From: Candidatus Moraniibacteriota bacterium
GTDB lineage: Bacteria; Patescibacteriota; Minisyncoccia; Moranbacterales; UBA11712
Assembly: GCA_030679895.1 (NCBI GenBank)
Contig: JAUXSN010000055.1
Location: 1 to 58,234, forward strand
Direction: 5' to 3'
Length of the DNA: 58,234 bases
This document shows positions 7,421 to 16,556 of the stretch, piece after piece; within the stretch, counting starts at the first letter, position 1; each line of letters starts with the position of its first letter. Both the position numbers and the translations under genes were made by a program. The notes beneath the pieces were generated by a model, which searched no databases, had not been told where the DNA came from, and saw only the letters and a list, made by a program, of their open reading frames with translations.

Positions 7421-8473
7421 ATGGAGGAAATAAAAAATTTCGGAAAAGTGAAATCTTTTTGGTTTTTTCAGGCTATGGCTGTCATTGCCGCCGCGGGACT
7501 GGCTGTTTTCAACTTCATATATTTGCGGGCGGAAAATATTTCCGCTTTTTTTGTTTCGCTCGCGATAAATATTCTTCTTGTTTTCATTCTGGCCACAGGA
7601 GCCTGGAGGCTGGCCAGGCTTTTTTCTGATTTCAAAAAAGGCAGAGATTCTTTAGACACGGAAACTCAAAAGAAATCCTCTGAAATTCAGGAATTCGAAA
7701 AAATTACCCGCCAGCTGGTGCGGCGCGATCTGGAACTCGCCCGAGCCAACCAGCGCCTCGCGGAACTCGATGCCGCTAAATCTGATTTTATTTCTATCGC
7801 CGCCCATCAATTGCGGACTCCTCTTACGGGAATTAAATGGTCGTACACGGCTCTTCTCGACCCCAAAACCGGATCTCTCAACGAAGATCAAAAAAAACTC
7901 CTCAAAAACGGTTTTGCGGCAATCACGAACACTGTTAATCTGGTTAATGATCTCCTCAATGTCACCCACCTTGAGGAAGGAAAATATGAATTTACGTTTG
8001 AAAGGCAATCGCTTTTACCGATCGCCAAACAGGCCATTGCCGGATTGAAACTGGTGGCCGATGAGAAAAAAATTACCCTTTTTTCCAAAATGCCCGCTTC
8101 CGGTTTGCCGGATATCAATATGGACGGGGAAAAAATGGGTCTGGTGCTCGCGAATATTATCGACAACGCCATAAAATATACGCCTGTGGGCGGGAGAATT
8201 GATTTTTCAATCAGCCAGGAGCGGGGACTGATAAAGATAGTTGTTCAGGATTCCGGAATCGGCATTCCTAAGAGCCAAAAAGGTCGGCTCTTCACTAAGT
8301 TTTTCCGGGCTGATAACGCGGTTGGCGTCCAGACCGACGGCACCGGGCTTGGCCTTTATATGGTGAAAAAGATCATTGACCGGCATAATGGGAAAATCAC
8401 AGTCGACAGCGCCGAGGGAAAAGGATCAACTTTCATTATCACTATTCCGGAACAATCAGCGAAAAAAAGCTGA
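7421..8473 (+). CDS. Sensor histidine kinase, two closely spaced TMs
   Basis: H-box AAHQLRTPLT, N-box IIDNAIKYT, DSGIGIP, GTGLGL; start taken at MEEIK 7421. Confidence 0.93.
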   Translation: MEEIKNFGKVKSFWFFQAMAVIAAAGLAVFNFIYLRAENISAFFVSLAINILLVFILATGAWRLARLFSDFKKGRDSLDTETQKKSSEIQEFEKITRQLVRRDLELARANQRLAELDAAKSDFISIAAHQLRTPLTGIKWSYTALLDPKTGSLNEDQKKLLKNGFAAITNTVNLVNDLLNVTHLEEGKYEFTFERQSLLPIAKQAIAGLKLVADEKKITLFSKMPASGLPDINMDGEKMGLVLANIIDNAIKYTPVGGRIDFSISQERGLIKIVVQDSGIGIPKSQKGRLFTKFFRADNAVGVQTDGTGLGLYMVKKIIDRHNGKITVDSAEGKGSTFIITIPEQSAKKS

Positions 8474-8517
8474 ACTAAGTTTCCCCAAGATCCGGTCTTG
8501 GATAAGAAATATATTTC

Positions 8518-9504
8518 TTATCCGGCGGTAATTTTTAGCGAAATATCTTCGCTTGTTTTTTTAGCGTATCGGAGCATAAGTTTTTTCGCAAAATCAAGAA
8601 CGTCTTTGTTTCGTTTTCCCCGGACCAGCGCCGTCGGACCCGGAATATCTTTGGGCTCGACGAGAATATCCCCTTTTTCGGCGATTTTTTTGAGTTTCAG
8701 GTTTTCCTCGTGATTGCGGCCGAGAATAGTTTTTACCCAGCTAGAAGGTTCAGGCTCCGGGGATTCAGATTTTCTAACGGGGCGAACCCAAAAATGACGG
8801 CCCAGGCGAAGAAGCGCGATGTCGCTCGGTTTTATATTTTTGACCTTCGCCATAAGCTCGCGAAGTTTTTTCGAATATTCTTTGTCCGTCAGAATGCATC
8901 CGCCGGCCGGAGTCGGATAATATTTTATGCCGAATTTTTTCGCAAGCTCTATTTGATCTTTGCGTCCTCTGCCTGAAACACCAAGTAATTTTTCGCGGTC
9001 AACCAAACCCGTTTTTTCCATTTCCGTTTTCGGCAAAACTTTGGCCGATAGCGGCCGCAGAATTTTTTCCTCGAGCCCCGCTTCTCTTTCGATCAGTTTC
9101 AGCGCCCGTGCGTTTTGCGACATCGGCCGCTGGCCCAGCACTTCTCCGGTGGCAAGAAAATCATACTTATCTTTTTTCATTATGTATTTGGCGGCTTTCA
9201 GCATCAGGAGATGGCAGTCAATGCACGGATTCATTCCGACTCCATAGCCAAATTTTGGCTTTCTTATGATGCAAAAATGCTCGGGAGTTATATCCTCAAC
9301 ACGCAACCTGATCTTGTTTTCCCGCGCCGACTTTTTGGCTTCCTCAGAGGTGAAAAAATAACTCACGAATGTGAGCGCGGTCACGTCTATTCCCTGCCTT
9401 TCCAAAATCTTCACCGTGAGAATTGAATCCAGTCCTCCGGAAAACAACGCGAGAGCGCGAACGGCTCTCTTTATTGGTTTGTTTTTAATGCTATATGATT
9501 TCAT
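8518..9504 (-). CDS. tRNA thiouridine synthase-like PP-loop ATPase (ThiI/MnmA-related) with a C-terminal NFACT-R-like domain
   Basis: LFSGGLDS PP-loop, NPCIDCH, ATGEVLGQRPMSQ, PAGGCILT, ILGRNHEEN. Confidence 0.8.
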   Translation of the reverse strand: MKSYSIKNKPIKRAVRALALFSGGLDSILTVKILERQGIDVTALTFVSYFFTSEEAKKSARENKIRLRVEDITPEHFCIIRKPKFGYGVGMNPCIDCHLLMLKAAKYIMKKDKYDFLATGEVLGQRPMSQNARALKLIEREAGLEEKILRPLSAKVLPKTEMEKTGLVDREKLLGVSGRGRKDQIELAKKFGIKYYPTPAGGCILTDKEYSKKLRELMAKVKNIKPSDIALLRLGRHFWVRPVRKSESPEPEPSSWVKTILGRNHEENLKLKKIAEKGDILVEPKDIPGPTALVRGKRNKDVLDFAKKLMLRYAKKTSEDISLKITAG

Positions 9505-9516
9505 GATGAAAAATTT

Positions 9517-10023
9517 TCAGGGATTGATTTCGGGAGACACTTCCGGAGCAGAATGGCTGTCTGAAGTCAGATTGGTAGCTTCAATGATCTTTCCGGTAGA
9601 GGGCCGAAAGAGAATGGCTTTTTTGGCTTTTGGGTAAACCAGCAGTTTGTCCCCGTTTTGGGCATTCGCGAAAAAGTTCTGCCCTTTCAGTTTGGCTTGA
9701 TCCGTTACGGTCGCAAGGTTCGGCTGCTCCCCCACAGGAAGCTCCATAAACTTTCCGATACTCGCGGTCAGAGATTTGATTTCTTTTTCTATCGCCGCGT
9801 TGGGATCAGACTGATTATTTCCATATATGAACAGAGAATATACAACGACGGACGCAATAAAAAAAACAACCAGTCCGGCCAGAAAAAGATTTTTGACTGA
9901 ATATGAATATTTTCCAATCACCAGCCTTTTCCCCAGCCACTTCGCTATTTTGAGATTGGAGCTTTGCAAACGGCCGACTTTTTTAAGATTGGTATTTTTA
10001 AGATCCATTTTGTTTATTGTCAT
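9517..10023 (-). CDS. Single-pass membrane hypothetical protein
   Basis: TM FLAGLVVFFIASVVVYSLFIY; GEQPNLATVTD...NAQNGDKLLVY...AILFRP; exact start uncertain (10023 or 10008). Confidence 0.7.
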   Translation of the reverse strand: MTINKMDLKNTNLKKVGRLQSSNLKIAKWLGKRLVIGKYSYSVKNLFLAGLVVFFIASVVVYSLFIYGNNQSDPNAAIEKEIKSLTASIGKFMELPVGEQPNLATVTDQAKLKGQNFFANAQNGDKLLVYPKAKKAILFRPSTGKIIEATNLTSDSHSAPEVSPEINP

Positions 10024-10867
10024 TCCCGCCGCCGACCGGCGAACCTGTTCCGTCTAATTCGGAAGTTATCTCGCTTTTGAGACTTTCCCCTTTCTTTTTG
10101 AAAGTTTTGGGATTATCCACCGCCAGAGCGTGCCAGGAAAAAGGAATATCAGAATCGGCTTTGCGGTCCATCATTATTTCAAAGCCTTTTTTCGACACGT
10201 TGGTGACGATATATTTCACGTCCGAGATCAAGAGCAGGTCTTCCGCTACGGCTCTCACGGCGGGATTTTTATACTGTTGGAGAGATAAGGTGGCAGTGAT
10301 GACCGGCGGCGAATCATATTCCTGATCAAAATCCGCTCTCACGCTTTGGCTTCCTTTTTTTATTATGGCGAATCCGGCAGTGTCCTCATTGAAAGTCGGC
10401 GTTCCGGAAATATCCAGTCCTGCATCGAATTTGGGACGGTTCGCAAATTCAACGTCTTTCTTGAAAACAACCCGTTCAAAAAATTTCACCGCCAACTTGA
10501 AAGCGGTCGGATTCTCCGTGCCAATTTGCGGATCCGAACTTAGGCCTCCTTGCGATTCCAAAAGTTTCAGGGAATCAGAGCCAAGACCGGATGCCAACGG
10601 AACCGGCGAGCTTTGTTCGGAGGAAACCGAAACTTCAGGCGCTTGCTCCTCAATGTCCGGTTTTAGGCTGGCCAAACTTTGATTCGCGGATAAGCCTCCT
10701 CCATTCAAGGCTGATATTATTTCATCAACCGGCATTCCCGAAATCGTAGTCTCTCCCGCGCCGCCGGTGTCCATCGGCGGAAAATCCTGGGCGAAAACCA
10801 GCGGCACGCTCAAGGCAAAAGAAAAGAGTATTGCGGCGAAAAGAAGTTTTTTTATATTTTGTGTCAT
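9998..10867 (-). CDS. Secreted hypothetical protein
   Basis: Signal peptide LLFAAILFSFALSVPLVFAQ; low-complexity linker; C-terminal beta domain TAGFAIIKKG...PPVITAT...FSWHALAV. Confidence 0.7.
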   Translation of the reverse strand: MTQNIKKLLFAAILFSFALSVPLVFAQDFPPMDTGGAGETTISGMPVDEIISALNGGGLSANQSLASLKPDIEEQAPEVSVSSEQSSPVPLASGLGSDSLKLLESQGGLSSDPQIGTENPTAFKLAVKFFERVVFKKDVEFANRPKFDAGLDISGTPTFNEDTAGFAIIKKGSQSVRADFDQEYDSPPVITATLSLQQYKNPAVRAVAEDLLLISDVKYIVTNVSKKGFEIMMDRKADSDIPFSWHALAVDNPKTFKKKGESLKSEITSELDGTGSPVGGGNDNKQNGS

Positions 10868-10975
10868 ATTATATTGATTTCTATTTATTTTTGCAGACAT
10901 CCGACGTCTGCAAACGCGCGTTAGCCATAAAAAAAAGAAGGAAACAGAACATTATAATCCTTCATAATTTTTGTT

Positions 10976-11473
10976 TTAGACGTTTTTTGTTTTTTTCTCT
11001 CTCCCTATATTATAGCTCCTCTTGGAAAATCCGCCAAGAGCCATCAAACTGAAAAAATAAACAGCCAAAACAACAAGCATGCTTCCCGCTATGTCGGCCG
11101 CATGATGAACGCCGGCCAGAATCCTCGCGAGACCGACGAACAGCGCCATGAAAAACAAAAGCAGTCCTGCTTTTTTGTTGAGACGGAAAATGACGGCGGC
11201 AATCGCCGCCCCAAGCAGCGTGTGGTCGGACGGAAAGCCGTTATCCGGCGCGTGCGGTATGAGCGGCGTGAAGTTTCCCGTGACAAAGGGCCGGGGATCG
11301 AAATAAAATCGGGAGATGATTTTTGCGACTATGTACGAGAGCGGAAACAATATCAGCGCGAAAACAAGCGCTTCTTTTTGCTTTTGCCGCGGCTGTTTCA
11401 GAAAATACAAAACCGCGATCACCATTGAAACAAAAAGCAAGTATTTAGCGCTATATATGATTAAAATATTCAT
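10976..11473 (-). CDS. PAP2 phosphatase (undecaprenyl-diphosphatase BcrC-like)
   Basis: PRPF, FPSDH, ARILAGVHH motifs. Confidence 0.88.
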   Translation of the reverse strand: MNILIIYSAKYLLFVSMVIAVLYFLKQPRQKQKEALVFALILFPLSYIVAKIISRFYFDPRPFVTGNFTPLIPHAPDNGFPSDHTLLGAAIAAVIFRLNKKAGLLLFFMALFVGLARILAGVHHAADIAGSMLVVLAVYFFSLMALGGFSKRSYNIGREKKTKNV

Positions 11474-11489
11474 GGTATTTATCCTGGTA

Positions 11490-11512
11490 TTCCTAAAGTT
11501 CGACTTTAGGAA
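11490..11512. repeat. Perfect TCG-triloop hairpin at a gene boundary
   Basis: ttcctaaagt-tcg-actttaggaa. Confidence 0.75.
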
Positions 11513-11516
11513 AGAA

Positions 11517-12998
11517 TTATTTAAAGGCTAAATATGCCGTTAAAATTACCGCCGCTCCCATAAACACCACCGCCAGCCACCCGAAAAAATTCACCCAGCC
11601 CGGATTGGTTTCTTCTCCCATTATTTTCTTGTCGCTCCCGACAACCATAATGGCCACAAGGAGCGGCAAAGCGATAATACCGTTTATATAAGCGGAATAA
11701 TAAAGAGCCAAGATGGGATTTATGCCAAAAAAATTGAGCGCCAGCCCGACAAAGATGGAAAAGGCGATGATCGAATAGAATCCTTTGGCCCGCGAAAACT
11801 TGAGCTCGAGGCCTTCGTTCCACTTCATCACTTCGCACAATGCGTAAGCGCCCGAACCGGCCAGAATCGGAACGGCCAGAAGTCCCGTGCCGATGATTCC
11901 CAGAGCGAAAAGAAGATAGGCTCCGTTGCCCGCGAGCGGACGAAGAGCCAGCGCCGCCTCCTCGGCCGAACCGATATTGAAAATTCCGTTTTGGAAAAAA
12001 ACTTGGGCGGTAGTGATAATGATAAAGAAAAAAACCACATTAGCCAGAACCATTCCCGTTCCCACGTCCGTGCGCATATGCGCCATGCGTCCACGAATAA
12101 TCTTGTTTTTTTCCAGGGCGATATTTTTGCCCGCCGGCTTCTCCTCGCCGCGGCTTTGCGCTTTGGCTATTTTATTCTCTTCGACTTCCTCCGAAGTCTG
12201 CCAAAAGAAAAGGTAGGGCGTAATGGTCGTTCCGAAAACCGCGATCATCGCGAAAATATAGTTCTCGTCGAATTTTATCGTCGGTACGAACGTATTTTTG
12301 AAAACAGCCAGCCAGTCCGGATGGATGATAAAGCCGGTCACGATATAGGCAAAAACGGAAACAGTAAGCCATTTAAGCACCCGCGCGTAAGTATGGTATT
12401 TGAAAAAAATTTCGATGAGCACGATGAGCAAAGCAAAACCGATAGCCGCAATGTAAAAATTTATCCCGAGGAGCATCGTGAGTGACGCCGCCATTGCCCC
12501 GAGATCCGCTCCGATGTTGATGACATTGGCGACAATAAGAAGGAGGACTATTCCCCCCACCACTTTTTTTCGGTAATGTTTTTGAAGGACCCCGGCAAGC
12601 CCCCGGTTGGTGACAATTCCGATTCGCGCGCAAGCCTCCTGGACAGCGAGCATGATGGGGAGCAGCCAGGCCGCCATCCAAAGGATGGAAAGCCCGAACA
12701 TGGCGCCGACGGCCGAATAGGTTCCGATCCCGGAAGGATCGTCGTCCGAAGCGCCGGTGATGAGGCCCGGCCCGAGAGCTTTGAAATAAAGAGACAGTTT
12801 CTTTCTCGGATTTTTTACGAGATCTCTGATTTTCAGCACCTCCGCTTCCGTCACGCGGACCGTACCGTCCACCAGCCTGATCGTCTCCACTTCTCCCCAA
12901 ACAATCAATTTTTTCGCGAGCACCAAAGGAATTCCCGCCTCGCGGCGAAATTCGGAAATTGTGTGGAGTTTGTCCTGGCTGTGTAAAATTTCTGCCAT
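11517..12998 (-). CDS. NRAMP-family divalent metal transporter with an N-terminal HTH-like extension
   Basis: LGPGLITGASDDDPSG, GTTITPY, many TMs; first ~65 aa resemble a MerR/Xis-type winged HTH. Confidence 0.85.
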   Translation of the reverse strand: MAEILHSQDKLHTISEFRREAGIPLVLAKKLIVWGEVETIRLVDGTVRVTEAEVLKIRDLVKNPRKKLSLYFKALGPGLITGASDDDPSGIGTYSAVGAMFGLSILWMAAWLLPIMLAVQEACARIGIVTNRGLAGVLQKHYRKKVVGGIVLLLIVANVINIGADLGAMAASLTMLLGINFYIAAIGFALLIVLIEIFFKYHTYARVLKWLTVSVFAYIVTGFIIHPDWLAVFKNTFVPTIKFDENYIFAMIAVFGTTITPYLFFWQTSEEVEENKIAKAQSRGEEKPAGKNIALEKNKIIRGRMAHMRTDVGTGMVLANVVFFFIIITTAQVFFQNGIFNIGSAEEAALALRPLAGNGAYLLFALGIIGTGLLAVPILAGSGAYALCEVMKWNEGLELKFSRAKGFYSIIAFSIFVGLALNFFGINPILALYYSAYINGIIALPLLVAIMVVGSDKKIMGEETNPGWVNFFGWLAVVFMGAAVILTAYLAFK

Positions 12999-13012
12999 TA
13001 TTTTTTTTGTAT

Positions 13013-14842
13013 TTATTCGACTGTTACACTTTTCGCCAGATTTCTCGGTTTATCTACGTCCAGACCTTTTCCCGCCGCAAAATAATAAGCGAAAAGCTGA
13101 AGCGGCACGACGGAAAGAAGAGGCGTCAGCATCTCAAGCGTCTTGGGAATATAGATGACGTCATCAACCAGCTTTTCGATAGACTTGTCGCCGGCTGTCG
13201 CGACCGCTATCACTTTTCCTCCCCGGGCTTTGATTTCCTGAATTCCCGAAAGGGTTTTTTCGTAGACGCTGTCGCGGGTGGCAATCGCGACCGATGGAAA
13301 ATTTTCGTCGATGAGCGCGATCGGCCCGTGTTTCATCTCGCCGAAAGGATAACCTTCCGCGTGCACATAGGCTATTTCTTTTATCTTGAGCGCCCCCTCC
13401 ATAGCAATGGGATAATTATATTTTCTTCCGAGATATAGAAAGTCGGAAGAGCCGGAATATTTTTTGGCGATCTTTTTTATTTTTTGGGAATCTTTGAATA
13501 TTTTTTTCATAAGCTCCGGCACTTTGGCCAGTTCTTCCGCGATTCTTTTTCCCATCACAAACGACATATCCCTTTGCCGGCCTAAAAATAAAGTGAAAAG
13601 AGCCAAGATGGAAAGTTGCGACGTGAAAGCCTTGGTCGAAGCCACTCCGATTTCCGGACCGGCATGGTTATACACTCCCGCGTCTGTCTCGCGGGCAATG
13701 GTCGATCCGACCACATTCACTATGCCTAGCGTCATCGCTCCTTTATTTTTCGCTTCCCGGATCGCCGCCAATGTGTCAGCCGTCTCTCCCGATTGGGTAA
13801 TGGCCAAAACCGCCGTCTTCTGATTCAGGATTGGTTTCCGATAGCGGAATTCGGACGCGAATTCGACGTCCGTTCTGATCCCGGCGTATTCCTCAAACAT
13901 ATATTTCGCTACCAGCCCGGCGTAAAAAGAAGTCCCGCAGGAAACAATGACCAGGCGCTCCAGGTCCCGCAGACTGTCCGCCACATCGCGCAACCCTCCC
14001 AGTTTGGCCATTCCTTCCTTGACCACCAACCTTCCCCGCATGGCGTTTTCCACCGCTTCCGGCTGTTCCATTATTTCTTTCAGCATAAAATGGTCGTATC
14101 CTTTCTTTTCCGCCTCCTCAAGCGTCCAATCTATTTTTGAAATTTCTTTTTCAACTTTTTTTCTTTTGAGATTGGTCACTTGGAAACCACAGGGCGTCAC
14201 CTCGGCCATCTCTCCATCCTCGAGATAGATCACCTGGTTCGTGTATCTCACGATCGGCGCGATGTCGGAAGCGATGATATAGCCGTCATCAATGACGCCG
14301 AGCACCAGCGGGCTTCCGTTCCGGGCAACGAATATTTTTTCCGGCTCGTTCCGGTCGATTATCGCGAGGCCGTATGTTCCTTCGACGTGAGCCAGAGTCC
14401 TCCAGACCGCTTCCTTGATCGGAACCTGCTTTTTGTATTCTTCAATCAGGTGGGCCAGAACTTCCGTGTCCGTATCGGAAGAAAATTTATGCCCGATTTT
14501 TTCGAGGTCCGCCTTGAGCTCCTTATAGTTTTCAATGATCCCGTTATGGACGAGAAATATATTTTTTCCGCAATCGCAGTGGGGATGGGCGTTTTTTTCC
14601 GAGGGCTTGCCGTGGGTTGCCCAGCGGGTGTGGGCAATTCCAATTTTTCCGGGAATATCCCGTCCGTTTATCTTATTCTCTAGTTCCACGACTTTCCCCA
14701 CCGCTTTTTCCGTAATGATTTTTCCGCCCGAAAAAACAGATACTCCGGCGCTGTCATAACCCCGATATTCCAGGCGCTTCAGGCCGTCAATGAGAATTGG
14801 AAGAGCCTCTTTTTTGCCAATATAAGCTACAATTCCGCACAT
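13013..14842 (-). CDS. glmS: Glutamine-fructose-6-phosphate transaminase
   Basis: MCGIV N-terminus, LEYRGYDSAG, HTRWATHG, VASTKAFT, PRNLAKSVTVE C-terminus. Confidence 0.98.
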   Translation of the reverse strand: MCGIVAYIGKKEALPILIDGLKRLEYRGYDSAGVSVFSGGKIITEKAVGKVVELENKINGRDIPGKIGIAHTRWATHGKPSEKNAHPHCDCGKNIFLVHNGIIENYKELKADLEKIGHKFSSDTDTEVLAHLIEEYKKQVPIKEAVWRTLAHVEGTYGLAIIDRNEPEKIFVARNGSPLVLGVIDDGYIIASDIAPIVRYTNQVIYLEDGEMAEVTPCGFQVTNLKRKKVEKEISKIDWTLEEAEKKGYDHFMLKEIMEQPEAVENAMRGRLVVKEGMAKLGGLRDVADSLRDLERLVIVSCGTSFYAGLVAKYMFEEYAGIRTDVEFASEFRYRKPILNQKTAVLAITQSGETADTLAAIREAKNKGAMTLGIVNVVGSTIARETDAGVYNHAGPEIGVASTKAFTSQLSILALFTLFLGRQRDMSFVMGKRIAEELAKVPELMKKIFKDSQKIKKIAKKYSGSSDFLYLGRKYNYPIAMEGALKIKEIAYVHAEGYPFGEMKHGPIALIDENFPSVAIATRDSVYEKTLSGIQEIKARGGKVIAVATAGDKSIEKLVDDVIYIPKTLEMLTPLLSVVPLQLFAYYFAAGKGLDVDKPRNLAKSVTVE

Positions 14843-14876
14843 AAGTTTATGAATTATGAATTTAGAAAAACAATAA

Positions 14877-15518
14877 TTATTTTGCTATATCCCCGATTAT
14901 TTTTCCCGCTTCCGTCAGATTTTTCACCTCAAAATCAACATGCTTCGTTCTCTTGTCATTATAACGCCCTTCTTTCCGTTTGATTAAAAAAGTAGCGCAA
15001 TGAGGAAATTTTTTCTTGACGGATTCGATCTGATCGGCGCGGTCATCGATGAAAACAAAAGTTTCTTTTTCCACATTATCCGCCAGCCTTGCTATTTCCT
15101 CCGCCTTTAATTTATCCGTAACGATGACCTTGGAAAAATACTTCCTTATGCCGCAATTGCGAATTTTAATTTTTTGGAAATATGCGTCACCGTATGTGAT
15201 AAGGAAAAGATCCCTTTTTTTGAATTTTTTCAAAAAAGGCAATACGTCCGATGTTATGAATTTATCCGTGCCGCTTAAAAACTTATTGATATCCCGTTTC
15301 AATTTTTTTCCCTCTATTCCCAGTCTTTTTTCAAGGACTTTTATCTGCATTCTCGGGTCATACTTTGAGATGTTTTTCTTCACCACGGTCGGATAATCCT
15401 TATAGGATTTGTCGAAATCTTCTTTCGACACGCCGTGCTTTCGGAATACGCCAATGAACTTTTTTTTGAAAGCCTTGGTGTTAAAAATGGCATCGTCAAA
15501 ATCAATAAATATTTTCAT
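14877..15518 (-). CDS. HAD-superfamily hydrolase
   Basis: IFIDFDDAIFNT motif I, FIDDR motif IV. Confidence 0.8.
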   Translation of the reverse strand: MKIFIDFDDAIFNTKAFKKKFIGVFRKHGVSKEDFDKSYKDYPTVVKKNISKYDPRMQIKVLEKRLGIEGKKLKRDINKFLSGTDKFITSDVLPFLKKFKKRDLFLITYGDAYFQKIKIRNCGIRKYFSKVIVTDKLKAEEIARLADNVEKETFVFIDDRADQIESVKKKFPHCATFLIKRKEGRYNDKRTKHVDFEVKNLTEAGKIIGDIAK

Positions 15519-15527
15519 ATATTGGGA

Positions 15528-16526
15528 TTATTTGTCCTTTATTATTTTCATCAAAACTTTTGCTAATTTGTCCGAATCGTGGCGGATAAATGATCGTGTC
15601 GAAGCAATCGCGTCATTTTTTGAGTATATTGGAACCGTGTAATTCAACAGATTGGCTTTTACAATTTCATAACTTCTTTTTTTTCTGGAATTTTTTGAAA
15701 ATTCAACCAGCACTTCTCCTTTGCGGTTGTATTTATTCAAAAGTTTTCCGCTCGGCTTGCTTGTGCTATAGGTGACGCAGTTTATTCTTTCTCCTCCCAA
15801 AATCATATTCACCGCTTCCACATAATCATCGAGGCTGAATTTTTCCGTCTGGCCTTTTTTGTTCACCATATTGCAGTTGTAGATGACTTTCGCCCGGGAA
15901 TTCAGAACAGCCTCTGGTATGCCTCCAACCAATAAATTGGGGAGAACGCTTGAATAATGATTGCCGGGACCGATGATAACAACATCCGCTCTTTTGATTT
16001 TTTCAATGGCCTTGGGGTTAGCTTTTACTTTCGGGAAAATACAATATTTTTTCACTCCTATTTTTTCAATGGATAAATTATTCGTGATATTATGCTCACC
16101 CTTCAGCTTCTTCCCGTTTTTTAGCTCCATGCACAATTTCGCGTCGTCTTCAGTAACCGGAATGACTTCTCCGGTCACGCTCAAAATACGGCTGGCCTCT
16201 TCCACTCCTCTTGAGAAGCTGCCGTTTATTTTTTCAAGGGCCGACAGAAGAATGTTTCCGAAACTGTGCCCTTCCAGTCCACCATTTTCAAAGCGATAAT
16301 TCATAAGATTGCGCATCTCTTCGGACGATTCGCTTAAAGCTACCAGGCATTGCCGCACGTCTCCCGGAGGAAGCACGCCCAGTTCATCGCGAAGCCTCCC
16401 TGTTGATCCCCCATCGTCAGACATGGAAATAATCGCCGCGATGTTCACCGGATATTTTTTGAGACCCGAAAGCAAAACAAAGCTCCCTGTTCCTCCTCCG
16501 ATTGTCACAATGTTTTTTTTCTTCAT
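15528..16526 (-). CDS. yvcK: YvcK/GlmR (UPF0052/CofD-related) uridine-diphosphate-GlcNAc-binding protein
   Basis: IGGGTG, DDGGSTGRLRDELG.LPPGD.R, GHSFGN, IGPGN.YSS.LPNL, RHDSDKLA. Confidence 0.9.
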   Translation of the reverse strand: MKKKNIVTIGGGTGSFVLLSGLKKYPVNIAAIISMSDDGGSTGRLRDELGVLPPGDVRQCLVALSESSEEMRNLMNYRFENGGLEGHSFGNILLSALEKINGSFSRGVEEASRILSVTGEVIPVTEDDAKLCMELKNGKKLKGEHNITNNLSIEKIGVKKYCIFPKVKANPKAIEKIKRADVVIIGPGNHYSSVLPNLLVGGIPEAVLNSRAKVIYNCNMVNKKGQTEKFSLDDYVEAVNMILGGERINCVTYSTSKPSGKLLNKYNRKGEVLVEFSKNSRKKRSYEIVKANLLNYTVPIYSKNDAIASTRSFIRHDSDKLAKVLMKIIKDK

Positions 16527-16556
16527 AAATTTTTTTTCAATCTTATGCGGATACTG

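Noticed and set aside
14843-14876. glmS ribozyme
   Set aside because: Only 34 nt separate the HAD stop from the glmS start; no ribozyme core is visible.
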